A stretch of 64,000 nucleotides of DNA from an uncultured Phycisphaerales bacterium (GTDB lineage Bacteria; Planctomycetota; Phycisphaerae; Tepidisphaerales; Tepidisphaeraceae). Where the stretch lies: NCBI GenBank assembly GCA_963792535.1, contig CAWBWQ010000001.1:256001-320000 (forward strand). The letters run 5' to 3'. Of this stretch, positions 32,789 to 43,668 are shown piece by piece. The stretch's first letter is position 1; every line of letters starts with the position of its first letter. The position numbers and the translations under genes are program-made. The notes beneath the pieces were generated by a model that saw only the letters and a program-made list of their open reading frames with translations, ran no database searches and was not told where the DNA came from.

Positions 32789-34912
32789 ATGGCCAGTTCA
32801 CTACTCGGTTATCTGTCTTCATTCCAGAGCATCCTGTTGCTGGCGTTTGGTTTTGGCTTTGTGATTTTCTGGCACGAGCTCGGCCACTTCCTGGCCGCCA
32901 AGTGGGCGGACGTGAAGGTGGAGCAATTTGCCGTCGGATTCGGGCAGGCGATGCTCTCGTGGCGAAAGGGGCTTGGTTTCACCTGGGGCTCGAGCACCGA
33001 CGTTTATCAAAAACGTCTGGCTGCCCACATTGAATCGAAGCATCCGCAGGTGGACGCGAAAGAACTCACGCCCACCGAGGCAGATCTTTCCGGCGCAGCT
33101 GCGGAACTGGGTATCAGTGAAACAGAGTATCGCCTGAACTGGATCCCGCTTGGCGGGTATGTGAAAATGCTCGGTCAGGACGATCTCAAACCAGGGCAGA
33201 CCGTCTCGGATCCGAGGTCGTACAACAACAAATCCATTAGTCAGCGGATGGTGATCGTTTCGGCCGGCGTGATCATGAATGTGATCCTGGCGGCGTTCGG
33301 GTTCATCTATATTTTCTCGGTGGGATTTGAAGTCACGCAACCGATCGCGGGGCTGGTCGTGCCGGGGTCGCCGGCCCAGAAAACGTATAAACTCGTCGAC
33401 GGTAAACAAGTGCTTACGCCGCTGCATGTAGGCGACAAGATCGTTGCGTTGAATGGAAAGCCGCAGTCTGATTTCGACAAGATTAAACTGAACACGGCTT
33501 TGCTGATCGCGGGTGAAACGGTTCCGCTGGATGTGCAGCATCCATCGGGCCAGATCGAACGGCTCTACGTTACACCCGAAAAATCCGGCCAGGGAAACGA
33601 TTTTCCGCTGATCGGGATGGGGGAGTATCAGGCATTGAAAGGGCCACCGGCGGATGTGAAAGATATTCCGCTGTCGGGCAAGCAGAATGCCGAATTTTCC
33701 CTGATTGGACCGGGCGATGTAGTTACCGCGGTCAATGGAAAAACAGTGGGTTCGCAGGATTACTATCAACTCGATGCCGCCCTGCAGGAAGCCGCCGGCC
33801 AGCCGGTCCCGGTTACGGTTATCAACAGTAAAGGCGAGCCGCGCACCGTGCAGTTCAAACCGCATTTTGTCGATCGCTTCGGCGGCCAGGCCATCAGTTT
33901 TGCGGGCATGGAGATGCTGCCGCGCATCGATCTCATTCAGGCCAAGTCACCGCTGGTGAACGATCTCGAAGCCGGTGATGTGATTACCAATATTGCCGAC
34001 CCCAGCGCAAGTGGCGGGCAATTGCCTTTCCCCACCCGCGACGAAATCATCAAGGAATTTAACGACGCCGGAGAGCGCGGCACCGAACTGGTGATCTCAG
34101 CGCGCCGCGGGAACAAAGATGTGAGTGTCAAAGCCAGGCCGACCGTCAAACTGCAAAACGGCAAATTCGGGTTTGGGATTATGCCCGCATCCGATGAGCA
34201 GACTCCGATTGTCGCCCAGACGCTGGTGGAAGGCTCACCCGCCAAGGCCGCAAATGTGCAGGGTGGTTCGATGATCCTTGCGGTAAACGGATTGCCCGTT
34301 CACAACTGGTTCGATGTGAAGAACATCATGTCCGACCTCAAACCGGATCAGGCGATTGTTCTTTCCACCGCGCTGGACGGTGTTAAAAAGGATTACGCGC
34401 TCAGAGGTTTATCAGAGCCCGAGATCGATGAGGTACGCAGCAACTCGCTGCAGAGTTACTCCGCCGGCGCGTTGATGCCCGATGAATATTCGCGCCGTGC
34501 TCCCAATCTATGGGTCGCCAGCCAGTGGGGCGTCGGCGAAACGCGCGACGCCATCCTGCAGGTCTATCAGACGGTTCGGTCGATGACCAAGGGATCGATT
34601 TCGGTAAAGGAAGTAAGCGGGCCTGTCGGCATCCTCACCGCGGGTTACCTCGTCGCCGAGCGCGGGTTTACCCGCTTGATCTGGTTCCTCTCGATCATCA
34701 GCGCAAATCTTGCGGTGATGAACTTCCTGCCGATCCCCATCGTGGACGGCGGGTTATTCACCTTCTTGATTATTGAAAAAATCAAGGGAAGTCCTATCAG
34801 CCAGCGAACCCAGGCCATCGCGCAGGTGGTGGGCCTTGCCCTGCTGCTGAGCGTATTCCTGTTCGCGACGTATCAGGACGTCTTCACGCGGTTGCCCATT
34901 TTGTTCAGATAG
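32789..34912 (+). CDS. rseP: Site-2 protease RseP with multiple PDZ domains
   Basis: HELGH, IPLGGYVKM, NFLPIPIVDGG; follows dxr. Confidence 0.93.
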   Translation: MASSLLGYLSSFQSILLLAFGFGFVIFWHELGHFLAAKWADVKVEQFAVGFGQAMLSWRKGLGFTWGSSTDVYQKRLAAHIESKHPQVDAKELTPTEADLSGAAAELGISETEYRLNWIPLGGYVKMLGQDDLKPGQTVSDPRSYNNKSISQRMVIVSAGVIMNVILAAFGFIYIFSVGFEVTQPIAGLVVPGSPAQKTYKLVDGKQVLTPLHVGDKIVALNGKPQSDFDKIKLNTALLIAGETVPLDVQHPSGQIERLYVTPEKSGQGNDFPLIGMGEYQALKGPPADVKDIPLSGKQNAEFSLIGPGDVVTAVNGKTVGSQDYYQLDAALQEAAGQPVPVTVINSKGEPRTVQFKPHFVDRFGGQAISFAGMEMLPRIDLIQAKSPLVNDLEAGDVITNIADPSASGGQLPFPTRDEIIKEFNDAGERGTELVISARRGNKDVSVKARPTVKLQNGKFGFGIMPASDEQTPIVAQTLVEGSPAKAANVQGGSMILAVNGLPVHNWFDVKNIMSDLKPDQAIVLSTALDGVKKDYALRGLSEPEIDEVRSNSLQSYSAGALMPDEYSRRAPNLWVASQWGVGETRDAILQVYQTVRSMTKGSISVKEVSGPVGILTAGYLVAERGFTRLIWFLSIISANLAVMNFLPIPIVDGGLFTFLIIEKIKGSPISQRTQAIAQVVGLALLLSVFLFATYQDVFTRLPILFR

Positions 34913-34983
34913 GATCGGGCATCAATTTCACCGGTGGCCAGGTGTGGCGTCGCCGATTTAGTGCCGCCGTTCGCGGCAGCAGG

Positions 34984-35976
34984 TTAAACGCCAAGGCGCT
35001 TTACAAGAATTGCCCGCTGCCGGTCGGTCCACCGGCGAATCCTGCTGGAATCCCTGTCGTCGTACCCAAGCCGCCGGTGGATGGTCGCGCGTAGTTGATC
35101 TACCCCGATGCCCTGGACGGCTACGGTTTCTAATGCGTTATACGGCGCTGCCTCCCAGGCGTGCATGCTGTCGGATTTGTTCGCGACCCTGACGGCATCT
35201 GGATAATTCGCGAGCGACGCTGCGTCCAGCGGTAGCGATTGATCGAGCACCACAATCACCAGGTCCGCCGATCGAATCTTCCCAATGCTGGCGGCGATGG
35301 CGGCACTCTCAATTGCATCGTCGGTCACACGCTGTCCCGGCGTGTCCACCAGCAGGACCGCGAGCCCGTCGATGTTGGCAATTTCACCCACCCAGTCGCG
35401 CGTGGTGCCAGGCAAATCAGCGGTGATGGAACGGGCCTGCCCAAACAGATGATTAGCCAGCGTGGATTTCCCCACATTAGGCGGGCCGACGATTGCGACA
35501 GTGGGGGTGGTCGTTAGCCATTGACCTGTTCGATCATCCAGAATTTTCTGCACCAGGTCAGGCTCGGTGGGCAATTGTTCCCAGGCATCTGGTTGAGCTA
35601 AAAGCAGGCGTACCGCCTGCACGGTTTTAGCCTGCGGCAGGGCGGTGAGAACCTCCCGCCAAATCTCGGTTTTCCCATCAGACGGCGATGTGCCTGAAAC
35701 TTCGAATCCATCACGCTGGGCCAGTTCCATAACCGAGCGTATCACCCAGTTTCCCCCATGCAGATTCAGGTCGACACCCTCGGCAAACCGAACCGCCACG
35801 ATATCGTCGATGATCTTTTCCCCGTCGCGCAGCAGTCCATACACGCATCGAGTGGATTTGACGGATTTGGAAAATCGCCGGTTGAGGAAAGCGTCCACGC
35901 CCGGGCCGCTGAGGCGCACGACTGCAATGGCGGAAGTTCCCGGAGCGGTGAGAAGGGTGATACTATTCTGCGACAT
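34984..35976 (-). CDS. MnmE/TrmE-like GTPase (short form)
   Basis: N-terminal TAPGTSAIAVVRLSG, HGG; G motifs GPPNVGKS, TTRD, DTPG, NKSD. Confidence 0.85.
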   Translation of the reverse strand: MSQNSITLLTAPGTSAIAVVRLSGPGVDAFLNRRFSKSVKSTRCVYGLLRDGEKIIDDIVAVRFAEGVDLNLHGGNWVIRSVMELAQRDGFEVSGTSPSDGKTEIWREVLTALPQAKTVQAVRLLLAQPDAWEQLPTEPDLVQKILDDRTGQWLTTTPTVAIVGPPNVGKSTLANHLFGQARSITADLPGTTRDWVGEIANIDGLAVLLVDTPGQRVTDDAIESAAIAASIGKIRSADLVIVVLDQSLPLDAASLANYPDAVRVANKSDSMHAWEAAPYNALETVAVQGIGVDQLRATIHRRLGYDDRDSSRIRRWTDRQRAILVKRLGV

Positions 35977-36446
35977 CAGCCCGAGGTGGAAATGCTGGCT
36001 TCCATTCGCAAATCAGGGCCGGGCACATTGATATTGGCGATAGCCCTGCCTGCTTTTTCCTTGCTCACCTGGTCCAGCACCATGGCCCAGGTTTCGCGTT
36101 GAAAGCGGAGCAATTGAATCGCTTCGTCCAGCGATTCGATCGTGTGATCCACACTGCCTTTAATCAGCAGTTTGTACACGTAGCGGTAAACCGCCGCCAG
36201 TTTGCTGCAAAGCTCGGGATATACCGAAGGTTTTAACGCGCCCATCAACTCAGTGATGATTTTCTGGGCCTTGGTGATATTGATATAAACTTGCTCGTAG
36301 TTTTTTTTCTGCAGGCCGGCCTTGCCCATTTCGGTGAACCGGATCGCCCCGTCGTACAGCATGATCTGAAGCTGCTCGGGAGTCGCGGTCATCACCCGCG
36401 TCTTGAGATACTGCTGCGCCGCATGAGGATTTTTCTGTGCGATCAT
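35976..36446 (-). CDS. fliS: Flagellar export chaperone FliS
   Basis: VMTATPEQLQIMLYDGAIRF, KAQKIITEL; downstream of fliD. Confidence 0.95.
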   Translation of the reverse strand: MIAQKNPHAAQQYLKTRVMTATPEQLQIMLYDGAIRFTEMGKAGLQKKNYEQVYINITKAQKIITELMGALKPSVYPELCSKLAAVYRYVYKLLIKGSVDHTIESLDEAIQLLRFQRETWAMVLDQVSKEKAGRAIANINVPGPDLRMEASISTSG

Positions 36447-36511
36447 TCTCTTGACGCCTGTTCAACGGCCACGGTTCTGGTCGATTCCCGTAAGGCAATC
36501 GACCCCATAGT

Positions 36512-36540
36512 TTATCGGCTTGAAACCTATGGGCCGTTAA
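36512..36540 (-). promoter_or_regulatory. sigma28 (FliA)-type promoter for fliS
   Basis: TTAAC-N16-GCCGATAA on the minus strand. Confidence 0.7.
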
Positions 36541-36545
36541 GTGAC

Positions 36546-39305
36546 TTAATGAGAGCTGCCGCTGGACGATGAACTGCCTGTCGTCGTGATCGGGGCAATT
36601 GAACCGATGGACGTTTGCTGCGATTTCAGCGTCGCAAGCACGTTTTCCATATTATTGAACTCGGTCTGAAGCTGCGTTTTTTTCTGTGCGAGCAACGTAT
36701 TGAGTTGCGTGATTTGATCGGTAAATCCCTGCGATTCCGCCGCCAGCGTCTTTTCCGCCGCCGTGACCGTTCCGGAGATCGGATCGATCAACTGGTTCAG
36801 GGCATTACTGATTACATACGCCAACCCGGTATTAGTTGTAGTACTGGAACCATTGGCGTTGGTGGTTGTGGTGCTGGCGTTGAACAGGGTTTCGACGGCT
36901 GTGGGATCTTTCGCGATGGCCTGGTTAAACGTGTCCTGGTTGAACGACAGCTGCCCCCCGTTGCCGACCGTAACTCCCAACTGCGACAGGGTCTTAAAAG
37001 TTCCGGTGCCCAGCACGGTATTCAAGCTGCCGTATAAGGCGGAAGTGATACTGCTTGCAACAGGGTTGCCCAGAAACAGCCCCGCGACATTGCTGCTGGT
37101 GTTAAACGTGCTTTCGCCATTAATGGCGGTGGTCAACGAGTTAAAGGTCGACACAAAAGTGCCCAGCGCTGTTGAAATTGCTGATGTATCCTGGCTGACG
37201 TTCAACTGCACCGGGCCCTTGCTCACACCGAGCAGATTCAGCGTGACGCCGTGGATCACGTTAGTGACCTGATTGCTGCTTGAGGTGATCAGCAGCGGTT
37301 GTTTTGAATTAGAGCTTCCGACGAAAACTGCCGCATCCTGTGCCGCCACGAGCGTCTGCGTTCCCAGCTTGGTCGCGCCGGCATCGAAGACAACACCACC
37401 GGCGGTGCCCGCGTTGGTCGCAGTAAGCGAAAGCCGATAAGGCGCTACTGTCGATCCGTCGTTGATGATCGTGGCCTTCACGCCGAAATTAAGGCTGTTA
37501 ATTTCCGTCGCGAGCGTTGAAAGCGTATCGTTTGCGGTGACGTGAATCGTTTTTTCGTATGCCCCGTCGATGGTTGTGGCGGTGGCAGTGCCGGCGAGGT
37601 TCAGATCCGTAGCCGCCGTGCCGTCGATATCGTTTACCTTCAATTTGCCGGGTCCGCCGGCTGTGTCGGTTAACAACACACCGTTGCCAGCCGCGTTGAT
37701 CGATGCCGTAACACCCAGCGTATGCTGCGAATTGATCTGGTAGAGCAGATCTCCCACGGTGTTCACATTTGTACCGGACAGGTCGATCGTTGCCGTTGCG
37801 CCGTTGGACCCTGTGACGGTGAACTTACTTTTGCCGATACCTTTGCCGCCATTCAAACTCGACAGCAGGGTGCTGTTGGTAACCCATTGTTTTTGCAGGT
37901 CCGCGCCATTCACAGCCGGGGCCGTGCTGCTGAAGGTTCCGTTGATTCCAAGCGCCTCGGCGCTGGTTCCGCCATTGGCGTCGGCGATAACCAGGTTTCC
38001 CGTGCCGCCGCTGGCGTCGGTGATTTGAATTCCATTGCCCGATGCATTCAGGCTGGCGTTCAACCTCACACCGGTTGCGTTATTTATCGTGTCCAGGACA
38101 TCCTGCACGCTGGATGCACCTGAGAAATTCAGCGTCTGTCTTGCGCCGGTTCGGTCGGTGAACGCGATATCCCCCAGTGCCAGCCCGCTTCCACCCTTAA
38201 GCGATGAAAGCAGCGTCGAATCAAGCGCCGCCACCACCGATTTACCGGTGATTGTTGCGCCGGTTGCGGGGGTATTCAGGCCCAGATCTTCAGCAGCTTT
38301 GGACCCATTGAGGTCGGAGACAGAAAAAGCGCCCCCTCCGCCGCTGTTGTCGGTCAACTGAATACCGGTTGTGCCGATGCTGGCGGTTACTTTCGTTCCC
38401 GCTGCCGAGTTGATCGCGTCGATCAGATCGCCGACAGTCTTCGCCGTAGCGAGGTTCACCGAGACGGAAGACCCATCTTTAAGATTCAATTTCAGATCGC
38501 CGTTGCCGGTGCCGAGGGTCACACCGCGACCATCATTCAGTTGCGCCAACTGCGTTGTGACGGCGAGATGATTGATATTTGAACCGGTGACGGTGTTGCT
38601 GGCTGCATTTGAACTGATACCAAGATCGGCTGCGCTGGTTCCAACGCCAAGATCCTGCACGATCAGATTGCTGGAGGTCGATCCCGACGTGTCGGTGAGA
38701 AGCAGATGGTCGTTTTTGATCGATGCCCGGACCGAGATATTGGTGGCGGTGTTGATATCGTTAACGACATCGTCAAGTGTGACAGCCGAATTGGTATCGA
38801 TCACCGCCGAGGCGCCAGAGCGATCGGTAATGCGGAATTGCCCGCGGCCAACCCCGCTGCCGCCATTAAGTTCTGACAGCGGCGTCTGAGTGGCGAGGCC
38901 ACCACCGCCTTGTTCGATGGTGATCGTTCCCGCTCCGACATTCGCCTGGGTTGCATCGGTGAACCCGGTGCTGATGAGTTGCTGGGTGGTGACCAGCTGG
39001 GCGACCTGCAGGCTGTAATTTCCCACAGCTGCGCCGTTGGCCGCCGTTGCGGTCAGCGTCGTTGGATCGCTGCTGGTAGTTGTCGCCGCCTGAAAGGTCG
39101 ACGCCTGTTCCAGCGATTGCGTGGTGGTCTGCAGCGTGGAAAGCTGCGACGCCAACGCCTGGTAGGCTGAATCCAGCGTCGTGTTCTTGTTAATGCGACC
39201 CTGCAGTTGCGAAACCGGGATCGCCGACACGTTCAGCAACGCCGTAATGATCGACCCGGTATTAATACCGCTGATCAGCCCGATGCTGGAAGTGATGGTT
39301 GACAT
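36546..39305 (-). CDS. fliD: Flagellar filament cap protein FliD (long form)
   Basis: GLISGIN N-terminus, AQDA...SNQVTNVIHGVTL, C-terminal EFNNME; internal repeated domains. Confidence 0.93.
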   Translation of the reverse strand: MSTITSSIGLISGINTGSIITALLNVSAIPVSQLQGRINKNTTLDSAYQALASQLSTLQTTTQSLEQASTFQAATTTSSDPTTLTATAANGAAVGNYSLQVAQLVTTQQLISTGFTDATQANVGAGTITIEQGGGGLATQTPLSELNGGSGVGRGQFRITDRSGASAVIDTNSAVTLDDVVNDINTATNISVRASIKNDHLLLTDTSGSTSSNLIVQDLGVGTSAADLGISSNAASNTVTGSNINHLAVTTQLAQLNDGRGVTLGTGNGDLKLNLKDGSSVSVNLATAKTVGDLIDAINSAAGTKVTASIGTTGIQLTDNSGGGGAFSVSDLNGSKAAEDLGLNTPATGATITGKSVVAALDSTLLSSLKGGSGLALGDIAFTDRTGARQTLNFSGASSVQDVLDTINNATGVRLNASLNASGNGIQITDASGGTGNLVIADANGGTSAEALGINGTFSSTAPAVNGADLQKQWVTNSTLLSSLNGGKGIGKSKFTVTGSNGATATIDLSGTNVNTVGDLLYQINSQHTLGVTASINAAGNGVLLTDTAGGPGKLKVNDIDGTAATDLNLAGTATATTIDGAYEKTIHVTANDTLSTLATEINSLNFGVKATIINDGSTVAPYRLSLTATNAGTAGGVVFDAGATKLGTQTLVAAQDAAVFVGSSNSKQPLLITSSSNQVTNVIHGVTLNLLGVSKGPVQLNVSQDTSAISTALGTFVSTFNSLTTAINGESTFNTSSNVAGLFLGNPVASSITSALYGSLNTVLGTGTFKTLSQLGVTVGNGGQLSFNQDTFNQAIAKDPTAVETLFNASTTTTNANGSSTTTNTGLAYVISNALNQLIDPISGTVTAAEKTLAAESQGFTDQITQLNTLLAQKKTQLQTEFNNMENVLATLKSQQTSIGSIAPITTTGSSSSSGSSH

Positions 39306-39323
39306 GATAAACGGCTCTTGTTT

Positions 39324-39521
39324 TTAATCGTCCAATATCTGTCTGAACTTTGAGAATACGGGCAACTCGGACTCGGAATTGGCGGACAAAACATCTTTAC
39401 GAAGGCGGTCGCCTTCAAGGGTTTCGGTCATCAAGGCGTCTACCGCCCATAGAATGAGGAAGTCGACGCACGCTTCCTTCACCAAACGCAATCGCTGAGC
39501 TGCAAAAACTAATTCTGTCAT
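39324..39521 (-). CDS. 65-aa hypothetical protein at the head of the fliD operon
   Basis: AGGAGG RBS; stop 18 bp before fliD; sigma28-type promoter upstream. Confidence 0.6.
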   Translation of the reverse strand: MTELVFAAQRLRLVKEACVDFLILWAVDALMTETLEGDRLRKDVLSANSESELPVFSKFRQILDD

Positions 39522-39551
39522 CTGTGTGTTCCTCCTGAACGTTACAAACTG

Positions 39552-39580
39552 TTATCGGAACTGCGGCGGGGAGCGGTTGA
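39552..39580 (-). promoter_or_regulatory. sigma28 (FliA)-type promoter for the small ORF-fliD unit
   Basis: TCAAC-N16-TCCGATAA on the minus strand. Confidence 0.65.
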
Positions 39581-39784
39581 GCAAATTTGTCGTAGCTGAT
39601 CCCTCTGGGATAGCGGAATCCAAAATTGGGTTGCGATCCCCAAAACGCCCGGTAAAGTGACGTCAGGTCATGACGCCGGGCTCGCGAGGGACGTGGATCC
39701 GTTTAACTGGGCCGGCGTCCCTTCCCCAGTTTGATCGAAGAAAATGCTGCACGGGTTCACCGCCCGTGCCACGAGGTTTCAAGG

Positions 39785-41242
39785 ATGAAACGATTTGTTC
39801 CCCCGATTCTGCTTTGCATCCTGTGTCTCTATTCCATCGCACCCGCACGTGCCGATCTCAATAACGACGTGAATTTTATTCTGCACGACAAAGGGCTGGC
39901 GCGGGTGGAAATGGGAATTGAGGTTGTCCAGCTGGGCACTTCCATCTCGACCAGCCGGATTCTTTACCGCCATAACAGTGATATTCCACTTACGCCCGCC
40001 AGCAACATGAAGGTGGTCACCACCTCCGCCGCACTGGATCGCCTGGGGGCTGATTTTCGTTTCCGCACGCAGCTGGTTTATCACAACGGGGACCTCATTC
40101 TCATCGGTGACGGTGACCCGAGTTTCGGCGATGCCGAACTGCTGACCCGCGTCGGCTGGGATGTGACGACCGTCTTTAAAAACTGGGCCCGCCAGGTCAA
40201 ACAACTGCAACTCGGGCCGGTTAAAGCCGTCGTCGTTGACGACAGCATTTTTGACGAGGAATTTTTCCATACTAACTGGCCGGTTGACCAGCGGCTCAAT
40301 CGCTACGAGGCCGAAATCTCCGGCATGAACCTCAACATGAATTGCCTGGATGTTTTCATCCGCCCGACCCGCGGGGGCAGTCCGGTAAGTTGCCTCCTGA
40401 ATCCGCCGACACATTTTGCTGAGATTGAAAACCAGTGCTTAACCGGCGAAGGCAAACCGTTCATGACCCGCGTGGTGGACGGTAACATGGTGGTGCTGCA
40501 CGGCCGAAGCATGATCGCCAATGAGGTGCCTGTGTCGATCACGATTCACGACGGCGCGATGTATGCCGCGACGGTGTTAAACGAAACGCTTGGATCAGAA
40601 GGCGTCGCTACCCAGCAGGCTCCGCGGCGCGATCGCACGGCGCGGCAGGCGATGGATCGCGCGATTGCGGCTGGTGATAAATCCTGGCAGATTCTCGCCG
40701 TTCATGAAACACCTTTGGCGCAAGTCATCAATCGAGCGAACAAAGACAGCATGAACCTTTATGGTGAGTGCCTCTGCAAGCGCTTGGGCGCTGACGCCAC
40801 CGGTCAGCCCGGCAGCTGGGAAAACGGGACAGCCGCTGTCTCGGCGTTTTTAGAGCACATTGGTGTTTCTAAGACACAGTTTCATCTGGATGACGGCTGC
40901 GGATTATCCAAGGAAAACGTGATCAGCGCCTCGGCTATCGCGCAGGTGCTGGTTCACAACTATTTCAGCCCTAACGCAAAAACGTTTATGGACAGCCTTT
41001 CCGTCGCCGGTCAGGACGGCACTTTAAACGATCGCTTTACCGGCAGTTCGCTGCGCGGTCGCGTGTTTGCAAAGACCGGAACGGTCAACGGGGTCAGCTG
41101 CCTCAGCGGGTATCTTAATGCCCGTGATGGTCACTGCTATGCGTTTTCAATACTGATGAATAAGAGCTACGCGGGGGCTGGCAAACCCACGCAGGAACAT
41201 ATTGTAACGGCCATCGACCAGGGCACCCTGGCCGCGCGATGA
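39785..41242 (+). CDS. dacB: D-Ala-D-Ala carboxypeptidase/endopeptidase (peptidase S13, PBP4)
   Basis: Signal peptide, PASNMK (SxxK), SMN (SxN), AKTGT. Confidence 0.95.
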   Translation: MKRFVPPILLCILCLYSIAPARADLNNDVNFILHDKGLARVEMGIEVVQLGTSISTSRILYRHNSDIPLTPASNMKVVTTSAALDRLGADFRFRTQLVYHNGDLILIGDGDPSFGDAELLTRVGWDVTTVFKNWARQVKQLQLGPVKAVVVDDSIFDEEFFHTNWPVDQRLNRYEAEISGMNLNMNCLDVFIRPTRGGSPVSCLLNPPTHFAEIENQCLTGEGKPFMTRVVDGNMVVLHGRSMIANEVPVSITIHDGAMYAATVLNETLGSEGVATQQAPRRDRTARQAMDRAIAAGDKSWQILAVHETPLAQVINRANKDSMNLYGECLCKRLGADATGQPGSWENGTAAVSAFLEHIGVSKTQFHLDDGCGLSKENVISASAIAQVLVHNYFSPNAKTFMDSLSVAGQDGTLNDRFTGSSLRGRVFAKTGTVNGVSCLSGYLNARDGHCYAFSILMNKSYAGAGKPTQEHIVTAIDQGTLAAR

Positions 41243-41270
41243 GGATGCGGCGGGGACAAAGAATCGATCG

Positions 41271-41477
41271 TCAATCCTCCACACTTCCGGCGGCATCCAC
41301 CTGTTCCTGTTCCCAGCGGATCAGGTCTTCGATCGGTATCTCCAACTGATCGGCGATATCTTCCGTTGTATAATCGACATCGGCTTCGTCCGATCCGCTG
41401 ACGACATATCGCCCGATGGTGGGATCGAATTGATATCCCGCTTCTTGAATCAGGCTCTCCAGTTCGACATTTCCCAT
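41271..41477 (-). CDS. Small acidic hypothetical protein
   Basis: GGAG before MGNVELESL...; EDIADQLEIP HTH-like segment. Confidence 0.6.
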   Translation of the reverse strand: MGNVELESLIQEAGYQFDPTIGRYVVSGSDEADVDYTTEDIADQLEIPIEDLIRWEQEQVDAAGSVED

Positions 41478-41563
41478 AAACTCTCCAGCGTCAGTGATGT
41501 GATCTTCGTCATTTTCAGCGGCAGTCCGCCGGGCTGGCGCAGGTGAATCATACCACGCACAAC

Positions 41564-43520
41564 TCAATGCAGCACGACACCTTTTTCGCTGGTTTTCTTT
41601 CGCAGCGCGAGTGAAAAGTACAGGAAGATCAAACCGCAGAGGACCACTGCGTATCCCAGGTCCGGATGCGTGCCGTTTAACACGCGCAGCAACATTTCAC
41701 CACTGCCGCTGCTGAAACAACCTGGAAATTGCCCGCCCAGCAATACACCCAATTCGTGCCGCCCGGTTGCCCCCGCCGCGGCGAGCATGCAATGCAGTGT
41801 CATCACAAACGTCACGATCGTGAGGAAGATTCCCAGCAGTGTCATGCCCACGCTCACGCCGGTGCAAATGCAGGATATTCCCGCTGCAAAAAGCAGATAT
41901 CGCTCGTGTATCTGCGGCGCAAAGCAAAAAAACATCAACCACGGTGCGGTTAAGGCAATGAGTGTTCGTGCGTCTCCGCGCCGGGCCTGCAGGCCCAGGC
42001 CCAGGCTGCACAGCAGCAATGTAATCCAGCACAACGCGATCAGAAAAACGCGCATGGAAACATCAACCGGCTGATGAAGGAACAACGCCGCCGGGATGGT
42101 AAAAACGGTGACGGTGAGATCATCCATCGGCCAGTTAAAATCTTTCTGCATCACCGCGGGCAGATTGTCGGTCAATCCCATCACCATCCACGGCCAATGG
42201 ATTGTGCCAAAACGGATTCCGCAGTCGTACCAGGCCGTCGATCCATGAAACAGCGACATGCAAAGCAGCAGGGCTGTTCCAACAGCACTTGCCGCCAGGT
42301 ATCCAATTCCGCCTGGTCGAATCAGAAGGATGCACATCGCCAGACAAACTCCGGCGACCATTCCCAGCAGCCACGTCGAGCGATTTGACGCGATCCACCA
42401 GGGCCAGATCACCAGCAAAATCGCGATGAGCCCAGCCAGGCAGCGCCAGGCCCACGGCGATGCCGCCGCGCGATACCATCGCGTTACAGGCGGGACATCC
42501 AGCGTCATCCAGGAAACGACCGGCAACGCAACCGACGCCAGCAGAACACCAGCCACCCAAAGCATCGCAGGCACGTCGATTACCCGTGCGATCCGGAAAA
42601 CTCCGTCGGGCGTCATCCATGCTTCACCATGTGCCTGCTGCACCGCTCGGGCGTGGTCCAGTGCATCCACCGGTATGTAGCTCAATAGCCACGGTGAGAC
42701 GATCAACCCGATCGCCAGTACCACTCCGCTGCACAACCGCAACGACGCCAACGGCCGGCCCAGGATCAGCGACCAGACCACAAACACCGGCACGGATATA
42801 AGTTGCTGCCCCTTGAACATCGCGCCCACACCGATGGCAATCCCCGCTGCGAACCACCAGTTCAGGCTCGCGAGCAACGCCGCCAATAGAAACAACGGAA
42901 CGATCCAAAGATCCCATGTCGGCCACCCATAGGCGCTTAAAACGATGGCAGGGTTGAACCACAATAACAGCGCCGCCATAAAACCCGGCACACAGCCGCG
43001 GAAAAACCAGCGCAGCGATGAACGGTTCATTGGTGCACCGCATCCCCGAATCGCCCAGTGCCGAGTACAGAAAAAACGCCGAGGTTACGCCGACCAATTC
43101 CATGAACAGATTAAAGTGCAACACCGGCGCGGTGAGTGCATATGAATGATCGTTCTGCCAGACTTTCACGTGTGAAAAATGTTCCAGCGACCACCGCCCC
43201 CATAGCGTCATTACCCCCAGCCTGAGCGGCGCATAATCCAGCCAGTTTTTATCGCCCGGCTGCTCGAAGCGCATCTTTTCGTACTGATTGAGAAAACCTT
43301 CCGTTGCCGACTTGCGTCCCCATGCGTAACCGCGATTGGTATCAGATAAAAACCGGATCGGTTCTGTTGTATCCCAAACCCAATGCCGAAACCGCACGCC
43401 CATCCAGCCCGCCCACGCAGTCATCAACGCAAGCAGAATTAAAATACCCACCCGCGGTAACCAAATAGAAAACGGCGAAGATCGATCAACCGCAACATTG
43501 CCAGGCGCGCTCTCATCCAT
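41564..43520 (-). CDS. Polytopic membrane protein, GT-C fold (mannosyltransferase-like); frameshift ~43070
   Basis: LDYAPL, WFNPA...WPTWD, K-GQ, QIHERY motifs; many TM helices. Confidence 0.72.
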
Positions 43521-43564
43521 GCGGAGCGCATCCTAGCCGACCCACCAGGGAATGTTGAGGCAAT

Positions 43565-43593
43565 AAAAAACCCCATCCGGCAAAGGATGGGGT
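43565..43593 (-). terminator. Intrinsic terminator after tRNA-Gly
   Basis: ACCCCATCC-loop-GGATGGGGT followed by a T run on the minus strand. Confidence 0.85.
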
Positions 43594-43597
43594 CAAG

Positions 43598-43668
43598 AGC
43601 GGGCGAAGGGACTCGAACCCTCAACAGCTAGCTTGGAAGGCTATGCTCTGCCATTGAGCTACGCCCGC
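43598..43668 (-). tRNA. tRNA-Gly(TCC)
   Basis: GCGGGCGTAGCTCAATGGCAGAGCATAGCCTTCCAAGCTAGCTGTTGAGGGTTCGAGTCCCTTCGCCCGCT cloverleaf; CCA not encoded. Confidence 0.96.

Noticed and set aside
36546..39305. Internal repeats and long plus-strand ORFs in fliD
   Set aside because: Protein-level domain repeats of FliD and antisense shadows, not separate elements.
43598..43668. tRNA-Gly as an integration site
   Set aside because: No duplicated 3' end or adjacent integrase found; a terminator follows directly.
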